This document shows, in pieces, positions 12,861 to 24,292 of a stretch of DNA of 64,000 nt. Numbering within the stretch: position 1 is the stretch's first letter; each line of letters begins with the position of its first letter. The DNA is from Azolla caroliniana (taxonomy: Eukaryota > Plantae > Polypodiophyta). The notes under the pieces were generated by a model. The model was not told the origin of the DNA and did no database searches. It was given only the letters and a program-made list of their open reading frames with translations. The DNA is taken from NCBI GenBank assembly GCA_043228905.1, contig JBHGNT010000002.1, positions 868,001 through 932,000 on the forward strand, in the 5' to 3' direction. A program made the translations under genes and the position numbers.

Positions 12861-13630
12861 AATAAAGATATACATATATACATATATGGTTTTTCTATTT
12901 TAATTAATTAGTTAGTATTTAAAAAACCCATTGAGATTTTTAAGACAGCATAAATATAAATGTATCTAAAGGGACAACATTGAGCTACAAAATTGGCCGA
13001 GGAGACAATTGGTTTACAACAAAATAGGGTTTTCACCCAATCATCAAAATTAAATTAAAATAAAATAGAACTTAAGCTAAAAGAGTTCTAGTATTGTACA
13101 AAACTTGATAAAATTCACCACACACGGACACACACATTGTGCTTGTGCTTGTGCTTGGCAATGAATCTTATGTACATAGAATTGTGGTTGGAGCAAAAAC
13201 TGCCAATTGTAACAAAGGCCATGATAGAAGTACAAGCATGATGAGGGCAAAGAACAATGGATGCACTTACCCAAAAAATGTTGTTACTTGGTTTCTAGGG
13301 TAGAGATGTGATGTTATTATTAGTGAGCGACGACACAATGTTTAAAACATGACATATGTCGAAACAATGCAAGTAGATGTTGGTGGGGCTGATGGGGTAG
13401 AGAGGGTAAATGATAGTTAATGGGAACAAGTCAAATGTATGACAAATGTTATGCTAGTTGAATATAAGAGTGTGAATGCAGAAGAACCATCACAATAAGA
13501 TGAAGATGATGTGATCGTTTTCCACATTTTATCCCATTGGAGTGATTGGGTATTTCACAAGTAAGATGCAATCAATTTCATGGGTTAAACAATGGGCAAG
13601 AGGTATAATTCTCATAAGCATAACCTTATG

Positions 13631-14088
13631 TGTTAGAGACATGTACTAAAGTAAGCATTAGATAAGGATAAATCTAGGTAGATATAAAGAAAGGAGAGAG
13701 AGAGAAAGAAGGGTGCCGATCCACCCGACCACCCCAGAGCAAAGGGATCGAGACGGACTCGAGCCTCGATCGGCGTCCCATACCACCGTCGTGGCGTCGA
13801 GTCGTACCTGGTGCTAGCGCGCTTGCTACAAGAGTTGACCCACCACAAGACAGAGTTTCGACGTAGTCAACAAGATGATGAAATGAGGGTAGCTAGGCCT
13901 CTATTTATAGCGACACCCAAAGCCCCCAGCCATGTTCACACTTGACCTAATGGGTTGTCTCAATCCCGAGGATTTAAAAGTAATCCTCCCCTTCTTTACA
14001 CTCTCGTTTAACCCTCACACTTATCCACGTGTATAGAATACTACGGTAAATTCTCACCACGGGATATTATATGGTCATGCTCGTAACA
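13631..14088 (-). mobile_element. Solo LTR, 458 bp, perfect 5-bp TSD
   Basis: TGTTAG...GTAACA termini; TTATG at 13626-13630 and 14089-14093; minus-strand CTATAAATAG at 13901-13910; no internal domain or PBS. Confidence 0.88.
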
Positions 14089-14440
14089 TTATGATGGACC
14101 AGTTCCATAACAAATTTTAATGGGTTAAGGGTAGGATGGTTGGGAAACTAGTTAAACTCCGAACGATAATGAACCCATAAGGACTTATGACATGTGGGAA
14201 TACACGGTGGTTGGGGTGCCCTAGGCATTTGGCTATATAAAGGGGACTAGCTACCCTCGTCATCACAGCATATTGAGACGTTGTCAAGACTCTATTGGTG
14301 AGGTTAAGCTCTCTTTTTTAGATCTATTATTCCACTACCGATGTATAACAAAAGGTAATATTTGGTGGTATGGGACACTAATGACATTTTATGTTTGTCT
14401 CATGTCCTTTGCTCAAGGTGGCAACGTGTTAAAGTACCTT

Positions 14441-14879
14441 TGTTAAGAATTAGGTGATTAAGTATGGGTTAATTAGTACCTAATTATGTGATTAAGTTAA
14501 GCAAAAGATTAAGTGATATGTGTGTCTGTGTGTGTGTGTGAGGAAGAGAGAGAGGAAAATACACTTATGAGCAACTCAAGATGGGGGATGATTAACTCTA
14601 TATTAAATTAGCATTATCATCATCAAATACAAAAATACCCACAATGAGGTATATATAGATCTCATGTGCAAGGATGCATATGTGTGAGTAGAATATAGGT
14701 ACTAAGGTGTAAATCCTATATTATAATGTATTTAGGAGTGGAGGATCTAGAATATCCCACAGTACAAGGTCCTATTTAAGGCGTTATAGTCAACACTCAT
14801 AACTAGATTCTATCTAGGTAACTACAAAGTTACATGGTTGACTAAATAACTAAACTAAGTTGAGCTTGATATCTCAACA
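14441..14879 (-). repeat. 3' LTR of outer Copia (439 bp)
   Basis: TGTTAAG...TCAACA; 14577-14879 is near-identical to 22155-22460. Confidence 0.9.
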
Positions 14880-16284
14880 TGCCCCCTCAAGCTCAAGTGT
14901 GAGGCGTCCAACATCCGCTTTGGCTTTCGTTGACTTCGTGTGCTTCTATCCGGCCTTCGACTTTCTTCGTCGTGGCAATCTCGATTCCTCCCCCTCAAGC
15001 CGATGATGAAGGCTTGTAGTGTGTGGGCGAAGGTCGACTACTTCCACCCATCGTGGGTTACGAGCCGCTTTGGTGGAGCTCTCGGGCTCTTGTTCGGCCA
15101 CGACCTTCATCATGAAGGCATGGTGATGGGCCATGTACTTGTTGTAGTCGAGCCGAGTGACGAAATTCTTCTCTCTAGAAGAGCGTCAAAGTTTTTCACT
15201 TGCCGATGTGAGCGTCTTCTTTACTCCGAGTGTCCGCATGATGGGTACACCAAACTCACTGTCTAGTGAGGGAGCCGACACATCCGAATTGACTTCGTAT
15301 TCAAGCATCTTACCTTTGCCTTTGTCCAACGCCGTACGTGGTCGCGACGTGCTTGGGTTGCGGGGGGGCTCTTGTGGCCCGCTAAGCCTTGTCGTAATCA
15401 GATTTTCTTCGAACATGTATTTGAAACGATCTCCATCTTCTACCTCTTGTTCGGCGGATTCCGGGTCAAGCGGAGTCAGAGTCGAAGTTGTCTCTGGTGC
15501 GTACCAGGATGCAAACTCATCAAAGACTACGTCTCGACTTACTCGAACTGCTCGGGTAGAAGGGTTGTACCACTTGTATGCCTTCTTCTCGAATGAGTAT
15601 CCTATGAGGATACATTCCTCCGACTTCGCGTCGGGCTTCTGTCGTTGTTCGTTGGGGATGCGTACATTCGCAATGCTTCCGAACACCTTGAGGTGCGACA
15701 GGATCTGCTTCCTTCCGACGAGGAGCTCGTATGGAGTTAGCTCATGCACTCCATTAGTGTTGCATCGGTTCATGAGATAGACGGTCGTGGATGCCACTTC
15801 AGCCCAATAGAAGTTTGACATGTGCTTCTCATGCATCATGGCGTGTGCTACCTCGAATATTTGCCGATTCTTCCTTTCAGCAACTCCATTTTGTTGGGGT
15901 ATGTGTCGGCATGAGAATTCTCTCTAAATGCCTTCACTTTGGAGGTAGGAGGTGAATTCATCAGATAAGTACTCATTTCCTTCGTCCGATCGTAGGCATC
16001 GAATGTGCTGACCGGTTTCTTTTTCAACTTGCCCCTTGAGCTTTTGGAAGTGGGAGAGCACTTCGCTCTTCTCCTTCATCGAGAAGATCCACGCGTAGCG
16101 CAAGTAGTCGTCGATGAAGGTGACGTAGAATCGGCATTCGCCGATCGTCGGCGTTTGAGCCGGTCCCAATACATCCGAATGTATGATGTTGAGGAGGCCT
16201 TTGCTCGTGTAGCTCTCCTTTGGGAATGGGAGTCAATGTTGTTTGCCGAGTTGGCATGCTTCGCATACTCGATCGACTCGTTTT

Positions 16285-19200
16285 TGTTAGGATTTCGGTC
16301 CCTCCGGATGGGATATGAGTACCTGACAAGGCAGACCTGGTGAGAACCGGATGATGAGTACCCGGGAAGGAAGACTCGGTAAGAACCGGATGACACAGGC
16401 TCGGTCAGAACCTCTCACCGAATGAAGGGACATGGATGTAAATATGTTTCTATTAGCCCATTGTGGCTATATTTGTAAATAGCCCAAAAATCATATTAGT
16501 ATAAATATGACCTAGGGCAAACACGATTGTGTTGTTGGTCATTTTTGTGTGTAACTGTTGTACAGAGCGTAACATAGAGAGAGAGAGAGAGAGAGACTTG
16601 AACAGTCTCTGTTGTAACCGCTTGTTGGCGAAGATTGAGAGCACGAGGTCGTTGCCTCTATGCTCCTCCTGTTGTATTCTTCTAGACATACTAATAGTTT
16701 GGAGCTAGTGGGCTCCCGTGGTTTTTCCCGTTTAGGGTTTTCCACGTAAACATTGTGTGTACTCTCTCTTGCTTTATTGTTTGTGTATATACGTGCATTT
16801 CTTCCTATTCCCATCTTTATGTGGTTGATTCTAAGACTCGGTTGTGGCCGAGCAATATTCCGCATATTTCCTGTCAATCTGGTATCAGAGCGAAACAACA
16901 CAGAAAATGGAAGATTCATTTGGCGGCATGTTCAAGCTCACTGGCACCAACTATTCAGTGTGGAAGTCGAAGATGAGGGACATGCTTGTGGTTAAAGATC
17001 TTTGGTTGCCGGTTCAGTTCGGGGACAAGAGACCGGACAAGATCGATGCCACGATATGGGAGGTGATGCACATGAAGACAACGACATACATACGAAGCTT
17101 CATCGACATGAGCCTATACAACAACTTCAATGAGGTAAGTAAGGCTCATGAGCTCTGGGAGAAGATCGACATTATGTTCCAAAACAAGAATGTCGTTAAT
17201 CGGTATTCCAGAAGCTAGTGCGGGTTCGGTACCAAGATGGCTCCAATATGGTGGAGCACATGAATGCCTTCCAGGGGCTGATACATCAAGCAACCTCATT
17301 GGAAGTACCTCTCGCCGATGAGATACTTGCTCTACTCCTACTTGGTTCCCTCCCAAATAGCTGGGAGACGTTAGTTGTCACATTGGGCAACACCGAGCCG
17401 GAAGGAAAACAGCTATTCCTAGCAAGGGTGAAGTCGAGCTTGCTAAACGAGGAGGCGCGTCGGAAAGACAAGGAGGTGATCTCCGATGCCAAAGCCCTCC
17501 TTACCGAATCGGAACGCGGAAGACAAAGGAATCGGAGTCCCTAGAACCGAGAAAAGTCGGGGACACGGTCAAAGTCAAGGGGGAGGAGGCCCACTTGCTT
17601 CTTTTGCGGCAAATCGGGGCACTTCTAGAAGAATTGTCATCATTTCCGGAAAGACAAGGGAACCGACAATACCGATTCGAAGAAGTCACCGGACCGGAAG
17701 GGAATGACGGCAATCGCAACAAGTGAAGAGGAGTTGATGCTCATCACCGAGGAGAGTGAGTTGAACCTTGCCGTTGACGAGACAACGTGGGTTGTCGACT
17801 CCGGAGCGTCGTTCCACCTTACCCCAGACCCGAAATGCTTCTCATCCTACACAGCCAGTGAGCACAACTGTGTCCGGATGGGGAACGAAGGAACATGTTG
17901 AATTATCGGCATAGGAGATGCACTGTTGACAACATCAATCGGATGCGAGTTGCTGCTGAAGGATGTCGGACACGTTCCAGAGGTTCGACTGAACCTAATA
18001 TCAGTCGGTAGGCTAGACAATGAAGGCTACATGAGTAGCATCCGGAACGAAGTCATGAAGTTAAGCAAAGGGAGCCTAATAGTGGCTAGGGCCCAGAAAG
18101 TCAACGCATTGTACCTAATGAATGCCCGGTTATGCCGGGAAGATGTGAACGTTGCATCTGACACTGCCGGTGAGCTGTGGCATAAGAGACTGTGTCACAT
18201 GAGCGAGAAGGGGATGAAGAGGCTTGCCGATGACAACCTCATTCCGGTGAAAGACGTGCATCTTGAGAAGTGCACCGACTACCTGGCCGGTAAGCAAAAC
18301 TGAACCTCCTTCCGCTCAAGGCCACCGATGAGACGTAATGCACCACTGGAGCTAGTGCATACTGATGTATGTCAAGTGGACACGAAGTCACATGCCAGAT
18401 CACAGTACTTCGTGACGTTCATAGACGACCACAACCGGAAGTTGTGGGCCACACCGTTGAAGACGAAGGATCAGGTGTTATCCATCTTCAGGAGCTCCAC
18501 GCAAGAGTGGAAAGAGAAACCGGTCGGAAGCTGAAGGCGATTCGAGCAGATAACGGAGACCAGTACTGGGGGCAGTTTGAGGAGTACTGCCGCTTGAAGG
18601 GAATCCGGCTCGAATTTACCGTGCCGAAGACGCTGAAACTAAATGGGTTGGCCGAGAGGATGAACCAAACCATAATGGAGAGGGTCCGGAGTATGTTGGC
18701 ACATGCCAAGTTACCCAAGACGTTTTGGGCTGAGGCACTGACGACAACGACGTACGTGATCAACAGATCACCCTCAGTGCCCTTGGACAGAGACACGCCG
18801 TAGAGAGTGTGGACCGGTAAGGAAGTTTCTTACTAGCATTTGAAGGTGTTCGGGTGTCTCGCTTACGTGCATGTTGCAAAGGACCGGAGAGTAAAGTTGG
18901 ATCCAAAGTCTCGGCCTTGCATATTCCTCGGATATGGCGATGATGAGTTCGGCTACCGAGTGTGGGACCCTATCGACAAGAAGGTGTTCTGGAGTCGAGA
19001 TATTATCTTCATGGAGGACAAGACCCTTGCTGACTGGGAGTCGGAGAAGAAGATAATGAACTCTGAGTCGACCGGTAAGGATCGGTTTGATGAGATTCGA
19101 ACCTACCCAGTTAAGAGCCGGTTGACACTCGAAGAGTCGGCCGGTTACGGTGAGGATACCGATCCGGCAGAAGAAGAAGAAGAAGAAGCTAAAACCAGAA

Positions 19201-21217
19201 CCGACCAAGACCCCGAATCGGATTCGAATGAAGAACAAACAGAGGAGCCGGTTGCCGAAAGCCAAAGATGGAGATATCCTCTTAGAGAGAGAAGGCCCCC
19301 CCGGAGATTTCCGGATTTTGAGTGCGTGCTGCTAACCGATGAGGGGGAGCCGGAAAGCTTCGAAGAAGCAAAGGAGGACACCCACAACCGCAAGTGGTTG
19401 AGTGCCATGCAGGACGAGATGGATTCCGTGCATGAGAACCACACGTATGAACTGGTGGAATTGTCGAAAGGAAAGCGAGCACTCCAGAATAAGTGGGTGT
19501 ACAAGTTGAAATCGGGAGATGCCAGCAACCCCCAAAGATACAAAGCTAGGATCGTGGTGAAGGGGTTCCAACAGAAGAAGGGCGTGAACTTCAACGAGAT
19601 ATTTGCCCCGGTAATAAAGATGACTTCCATCCGAATGGTGTTGAGCATAGCGGCAAGCATGGACCTCAAGGTAGAGCAATTAGACGTGAAGACGACATTC
19701 CTCCACGACGACCTCGAAGAGGAGATCTACATGTAGCAACTGGAGGGATTTGTGAAGAAAGGGAAGGAGCACCTGGTTTGCCGGTTGAAGAAGAGCCTCT
19801 ATGGTTTGAAGCAGGCTCCCCAGCAATGGTACCAGAAGTTCGACTCCTTCATGACCGATCAAGGGTACCACAAGACACAGGCCGATCACTACGTATTTGT
19901 GAAGAAGTTTGAAGGTGGAGACTTCCTGATACTCCTCCTGTATTTGGACGACATGTTGATTGTCAGATGAGACCAAGTCAAGATACGGATGCTGAAGAAG
20001 GCTCTAAACCGGACCTTTTCAATGAAAGACTTGGGTTCGGCAAGACAGATACTAGGGATGCATATCCTCCGGGACCGGTCAAAGAAGCAATTGTGGCTGT
20101 CACAGGAGAAGTACGTGACAAAGGTGCTTCATCCGTTCAACATGTTAGATGCGAAACCGGTCGGATCGACACTCCCGGCAAATGCAGGTTATCCAGTAAG
20201 CAAAGCCCGAAGACAAAGGTAGAGAAGGCGGATATGATGAAGATACCATATGCCTCTGTCGTTGGGAGCTTAATGTACGCAATGGTGTGTACCCGACTGG
20301 ATATCGGATATGCAGTCGTAGTGGTGTGCCGATTTATGAGCAATCCCGACAATGAGCAAAGGAATGCGGTAAAATAGATACTCTGGTACTTGAAAGGCAC
20401 CTCAAGTATGTGTCATTGATTCGGCTCCGATAAACCCCAACTTGACGGTTTCACCGGTTCGGATATGTCGGCTGATGCGGATACCAGCCGGTCAACATCG
20501 GGATATGTTATGACATATGCAGGGGGAGCTGTCTCGTGGCAGTCTAGGCTGCAAAAGACGGTTGCGTTGTCAACCACGGAAGCGGAGTACATGGCGGCTG
20601 TGGAAGTCGGCAAGGAAATATTATGGATGAAGGACTTCATTGGAGAGCTAGGGATCCGGCAAGAGGAATACTGGCTCTATTGTGATAGTCAAAGTGCCAT
20701 CCACCTTGCAAAGAACGCGACATACCTTTCCAGAACGAAGCACATCCAACGTAGATACCACTGGATCCGGGAGCAAGTTGAAGATCGAGAGTTCGTGTTG
20801 ACGAAAATCCACACAGAGGAGAACGGGTCAAATATGCTGACCAAAGTGCTGACACCTGACAAGCTAGATGCATGCAAGAATAGGATCAAACTGACGAGAC
20901 ATCCCATGCCGGAGTGAAGGGGGAGTTTGTTAGGATTTCGGTCCCTCCGGATGGGATATGAGTACCCGGCAAGGCAGACCCGGTGAGAACTGGATGATGA
21001 GTACTCGGCAAGGAAGACCCGGTAAGAACCGAATGACGTAGGCCCGGTGAGAACCTCTCACCGGATGAAGGGACATAGATGTAAATATGTTTTTGTTAGC
21101 CCATTGTGGCTATATTTGTAAATAGCCCAAAAGTCATATTAGTATAAATATGACCTAGGGCAAACACGATTGTGTTGTTGGTCATTTTTGTGTGTAACTA
21201 TTGTACAGAGCGTAACC

Positions 21218-21274
<57 letters not shown>

Positions 21275-21550
21275 GAACAGTCTCTGTTGTAACTGCCTGT
21301 TGGCGAAGATTGAGAGCACGAGGTCGTTGCCTCTATGCTCCTCCTGCTGTATTCTTCCAGACATATTGAAAGTTTGGAGCTAGTGGGCTCCCGTGGTTTT
21401 CCCGTTTAGGGTTTTCCACGTAAACATTGTGTGTACTCTCTCTTGCTTTATTGTTTGTGTGTATACGTGCATTTCTTCCTATTCCCATCTTTTTGTGGTT
21501 GATTCTAAGACTCGGTTGTGGCCGAGCAATATTTTGCATATTTCCTGTCA
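16285..21550 (+). mobile_element. Inner full-length Ty1/copia (Tnt1/Tork-like), inserted antisense into the outer Copia
   Basis: LTRs 16285-16876 and 20928-21550 (TGTTAGG...TGTCA). PBS TGGTATCAGAGC at 16880-16891 (complementary to initiator tRNA-Met). PPT GAAGGGGGAG at 20916-20925. Degenerate TSD GTTTT/ATTTC. Confidence 0.96.
16907..20917 (+). pseudogene. Disrupted gag-pol of inner Copia (gag, Zn knuckle, protease, integrase, RT, RNase H)
   Basis: MEDSFGGMFKLTGTNYSVWK; CFFCGKSGHF*KNC; WVVDSGASFH; LWHKRLCH; LVHTDVC; KARIVVKGF; LKKSLYGLKQAP; LYLDDMLI; STTEAEYMA; CDSQSAI..RTKHI. There are several in-frame stops and frameshifts. Confidence 0.95.
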
Positions 21551-22154
21551 ATTTCGACTCGAATGTCGGAAGTCTAATGATGACTCCATTTGTTTGCATA
21601 GCTCGGAGCCGTTGGAGGTTTATGTGGCCGATTCTCTTGTGCCACAACTCGATGCTTGTCTTGGTTTTGAGATCTTTGGCATACATGGCCGATTTCACCT
21701 CGTTCGAATCGAGGATGAACATTCAACCGTCTCTCCGCCCCTTGGCTATGAGTCGGTCATCTTTCTCGATGAAACGACCTTCATTGTTGAAGCAGACTTG
21801 CATGCCTTGCTCCACGATTTGGCCGACGGAGACCAAATTCTTCGTTATTGTGGGCACATGCAAGACATTCTTGATGCAAGTTTGCTCGCCTTCTTTCCCA
21901 AATGGGATATTGCCGATGTACCGAATGGGATGTGTGGTGTCGTCTCCCGTCTCTATGAAGCCGGGTCGATCCGGTGTACGCAAGTCATTGAACCACTCTT
22001 TGTGGGATGTCATATGATGTGAAGGCGCCACAATCGATGAACCACACGTCTTCCGAATTGGAGGTGCTTGCAGAGTTGGTGGCCGACATAGAGTTCGCTC
22101 TATGCCTCATTACGAATAGACCGTCGTAGTCGTCGTATATTAAATCATTAAACA

Positions 22155-22460
22155 CAAGATGGGGGACAATTAACTCTATATTAAATTAGCATTATCATCA
22201 TCAAATACAAAAATACCCACAATGAGGTATATATAGATCTCATGTGCAAGGGTGCACATGTGTGAGCAGAATATAGGTACTAAGGTGTAAGTCCTATATT
22301 ATAATGTACTTAGGAGTGGAGGATCTAGAATATCTCACTTAAGTACAAGGTCCTATTTAAGGATTTATAGTCAACACTCCTAACTAGATTCTATCTAGGT
22401 AACTATGAAGTTACATGGTTGACTAAACAACTAAACTAAGTTGAGCTTGATCTCTCAACA
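22155..22460 (-). repeat. Truncated 5' LTR of outer Copia
   Basis: Matches 14577-14879 but lacks the ~136 bp equivalent to 14441-14576. No PBS follows. Confidence 0.88.
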
Positions 22461-23339
22461 ACCTTTAACCCATTCTTTTGCGAGTCATTAGTTTAATTCG
22501 TAATGATAACACAAGGGGATTGTGAGGAACATGTGTTTGTTGGTCCTAGTGGGTTAAAGAAATCCTTACCCAAGAGTGACGAATATGGACTAGAGGTACA
22601 ATGTCATCAATTGAACATATGGCCAATACACAAATAGCTTTACAAAAGTGTTGCCAAGGTTGTCATGCCACCTCCTATCATTGATTAATATTGTTATAAA
22701 GCATGCTTACTTTTGGATACGAATATGAACAGACTAATTTGGTTAAAGGTATGTCATGCTAATTTGGGCAAGCTACATCACTTTCATTGTGCGTTCTAGG
22801 GTATTCAATGGATGAATGTCCTAAAAGAGTAGTGGCGAGAATAGTAACTCACATTAGGTGTGGCGGGTACTCAAAAAATGGAGATTTCAATGATGGTAGA
22901 TGCAAAAAAATGGAAAATGTAGATGTTAGAAAATGTAGATATTAATGATTGTGGAGTTGATAAGTATAAAGAGAACTTAGCACCCAAATTAAGATAACAA
23001 TGGGAAGAGAGAAAAAATGCTTATGATGGGGAACATACAATTGATATGGAGCACAAACAAGTTAAACAATGTAATGGTTTTGAAAGAAATAGGGCAACTG
23101 TTGCATTAGATGCGTGGATGTCCACCAATGTTTCAGCTATTCGAGTAGTTGCAAGATTTGAAAAAAAAAAGGTTCTTGGATCCACCCTTTCAAGGATGCT
23201 TGTTGTGTTGCTCATTGTGGGTTTTTCAAAAAAAGTCTCTTTACAATTTGGACTAGGATCCGACTTATTATCAATGGAAAAAGCCGAGTGCTAGTGGAAA
23301 TGGTAAATATTTTGAGTTTTTCCAATATTCGGTTAAGCT

Positions 23340-24292
23340 AGGTAGAAAATTGTTGTTGCAAACAAAGTATAAAGGCCCTGCTACCATGAAGCATTGGACT
23401 GCAAATAATGTGCATGCATTGCAACTTACCAAATTTTGGAAATGGTTGTGGAGTATGCAATTGCCGAAAAAAGTGATTTGTTTTCGTTGGTTGTTGATGC
23501 ATTATGTTCTTCCTGTCGGTGATTGGTTTGGGCAAAATCAGCAATATCCTTGTGGAATGCATTGTGGTGCATCTATGGAATCTATTTTGCATGTGTTTTG
23601 GTTATGTCCTAGGATCAAGCAATTTTGGAGTAAGTTGTTTTTATTGTTGAGACAACATTATTCTCATTCTATTTTCTCGTGGGAGGGTAGTATAATGGGG
23701 TGTCATTCATGGAGATGTTATGAAGTATGAAAGTAGGCATGTTTCTCATGTCTTTCACTTCTCCCATGGACACGTCTATCACACCTCATTTCCATCTTCT
23801 ATTTGACGGTTTAGAATTGAAAATATGGTTATTTGGTGTATTATTATGTCATTGGCTCTTTGGATAATATGGAAAACGAGATGTGATGTTGTTTTTAATA
23901 ATGTTCACATAAATCTCTGCACCATGCTTATTGAATTCTGGTTGTTATTTGTCCATACACTACGTGGTCAATATGATGATCTATAGAGTTCGGCTGATGT
24001 TCTAGGGCAACGTCAAGTAGCCTTTAAGGAACAATGGCAAGGGCTTCACTTAATTTCAGATACAACTTCTGGTCTGAGTTGGAATTATGACATACCTTTC
24101 TTTTTTGTTGCATAGCTCGTGGCTTTTGCTCCACTTGTTTCTTATATGATATCATCTATTTGATCAGATGTTGGTACTAGCCTTTGTATCACAGTAGAAG
24201 TGAGTGAAATGTTTCCTTTTGTTTTCTCTATGTACATTTGTAAAGTAATATACTAAGGTGTATCTTTCTTTAAAATAATAAATAAATAAAAA
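23340..24292 (+). mobile_element. 5'-truncated L1-like LINE (zf-RVT region + A-rich tail)
   Basis: FWKWLWSMQLPKKVICFRWLLMH..LPVGDW..C..C..ESILHVFWLCP; later LWIIWKTRCDVVFNN; A-rich tail 24272-24292. Confidence 0.8.

Larger units (their letters stand above)
14441..22460 (-). mobile_element. Outer Ty1/copia element, non-autonomous (gag/PBS and RT-RNaseH deleted), interrupted by a second Copia
   Basis: TG at 14441, CA at 22459-22460, TSD ACCTT (14436-14440, 22461-22465). PPT TTGAGGGGGC at 14890-14881. The minus strand retains protease (WFIDCGA, ~22040), GAG-pre-integrase (LWHKRIGH...CEACQLGK) and integrase (15186-16260). Confidence 0.92.

Noticed and set aside
16880-16891. tRNA-like sequence
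   Set aside because: Only the 12-nt primer-binding site; no cloverleaf.
15157-22022. Long ORFs antisense or out of frame to Copia pol (e.g. 15157..15780 +, 19145..19669 -, 21393..22022 +)
   Set aside because: Shadow ORFs of GC-richer retrotransposon coding sequence with no independent motifs.
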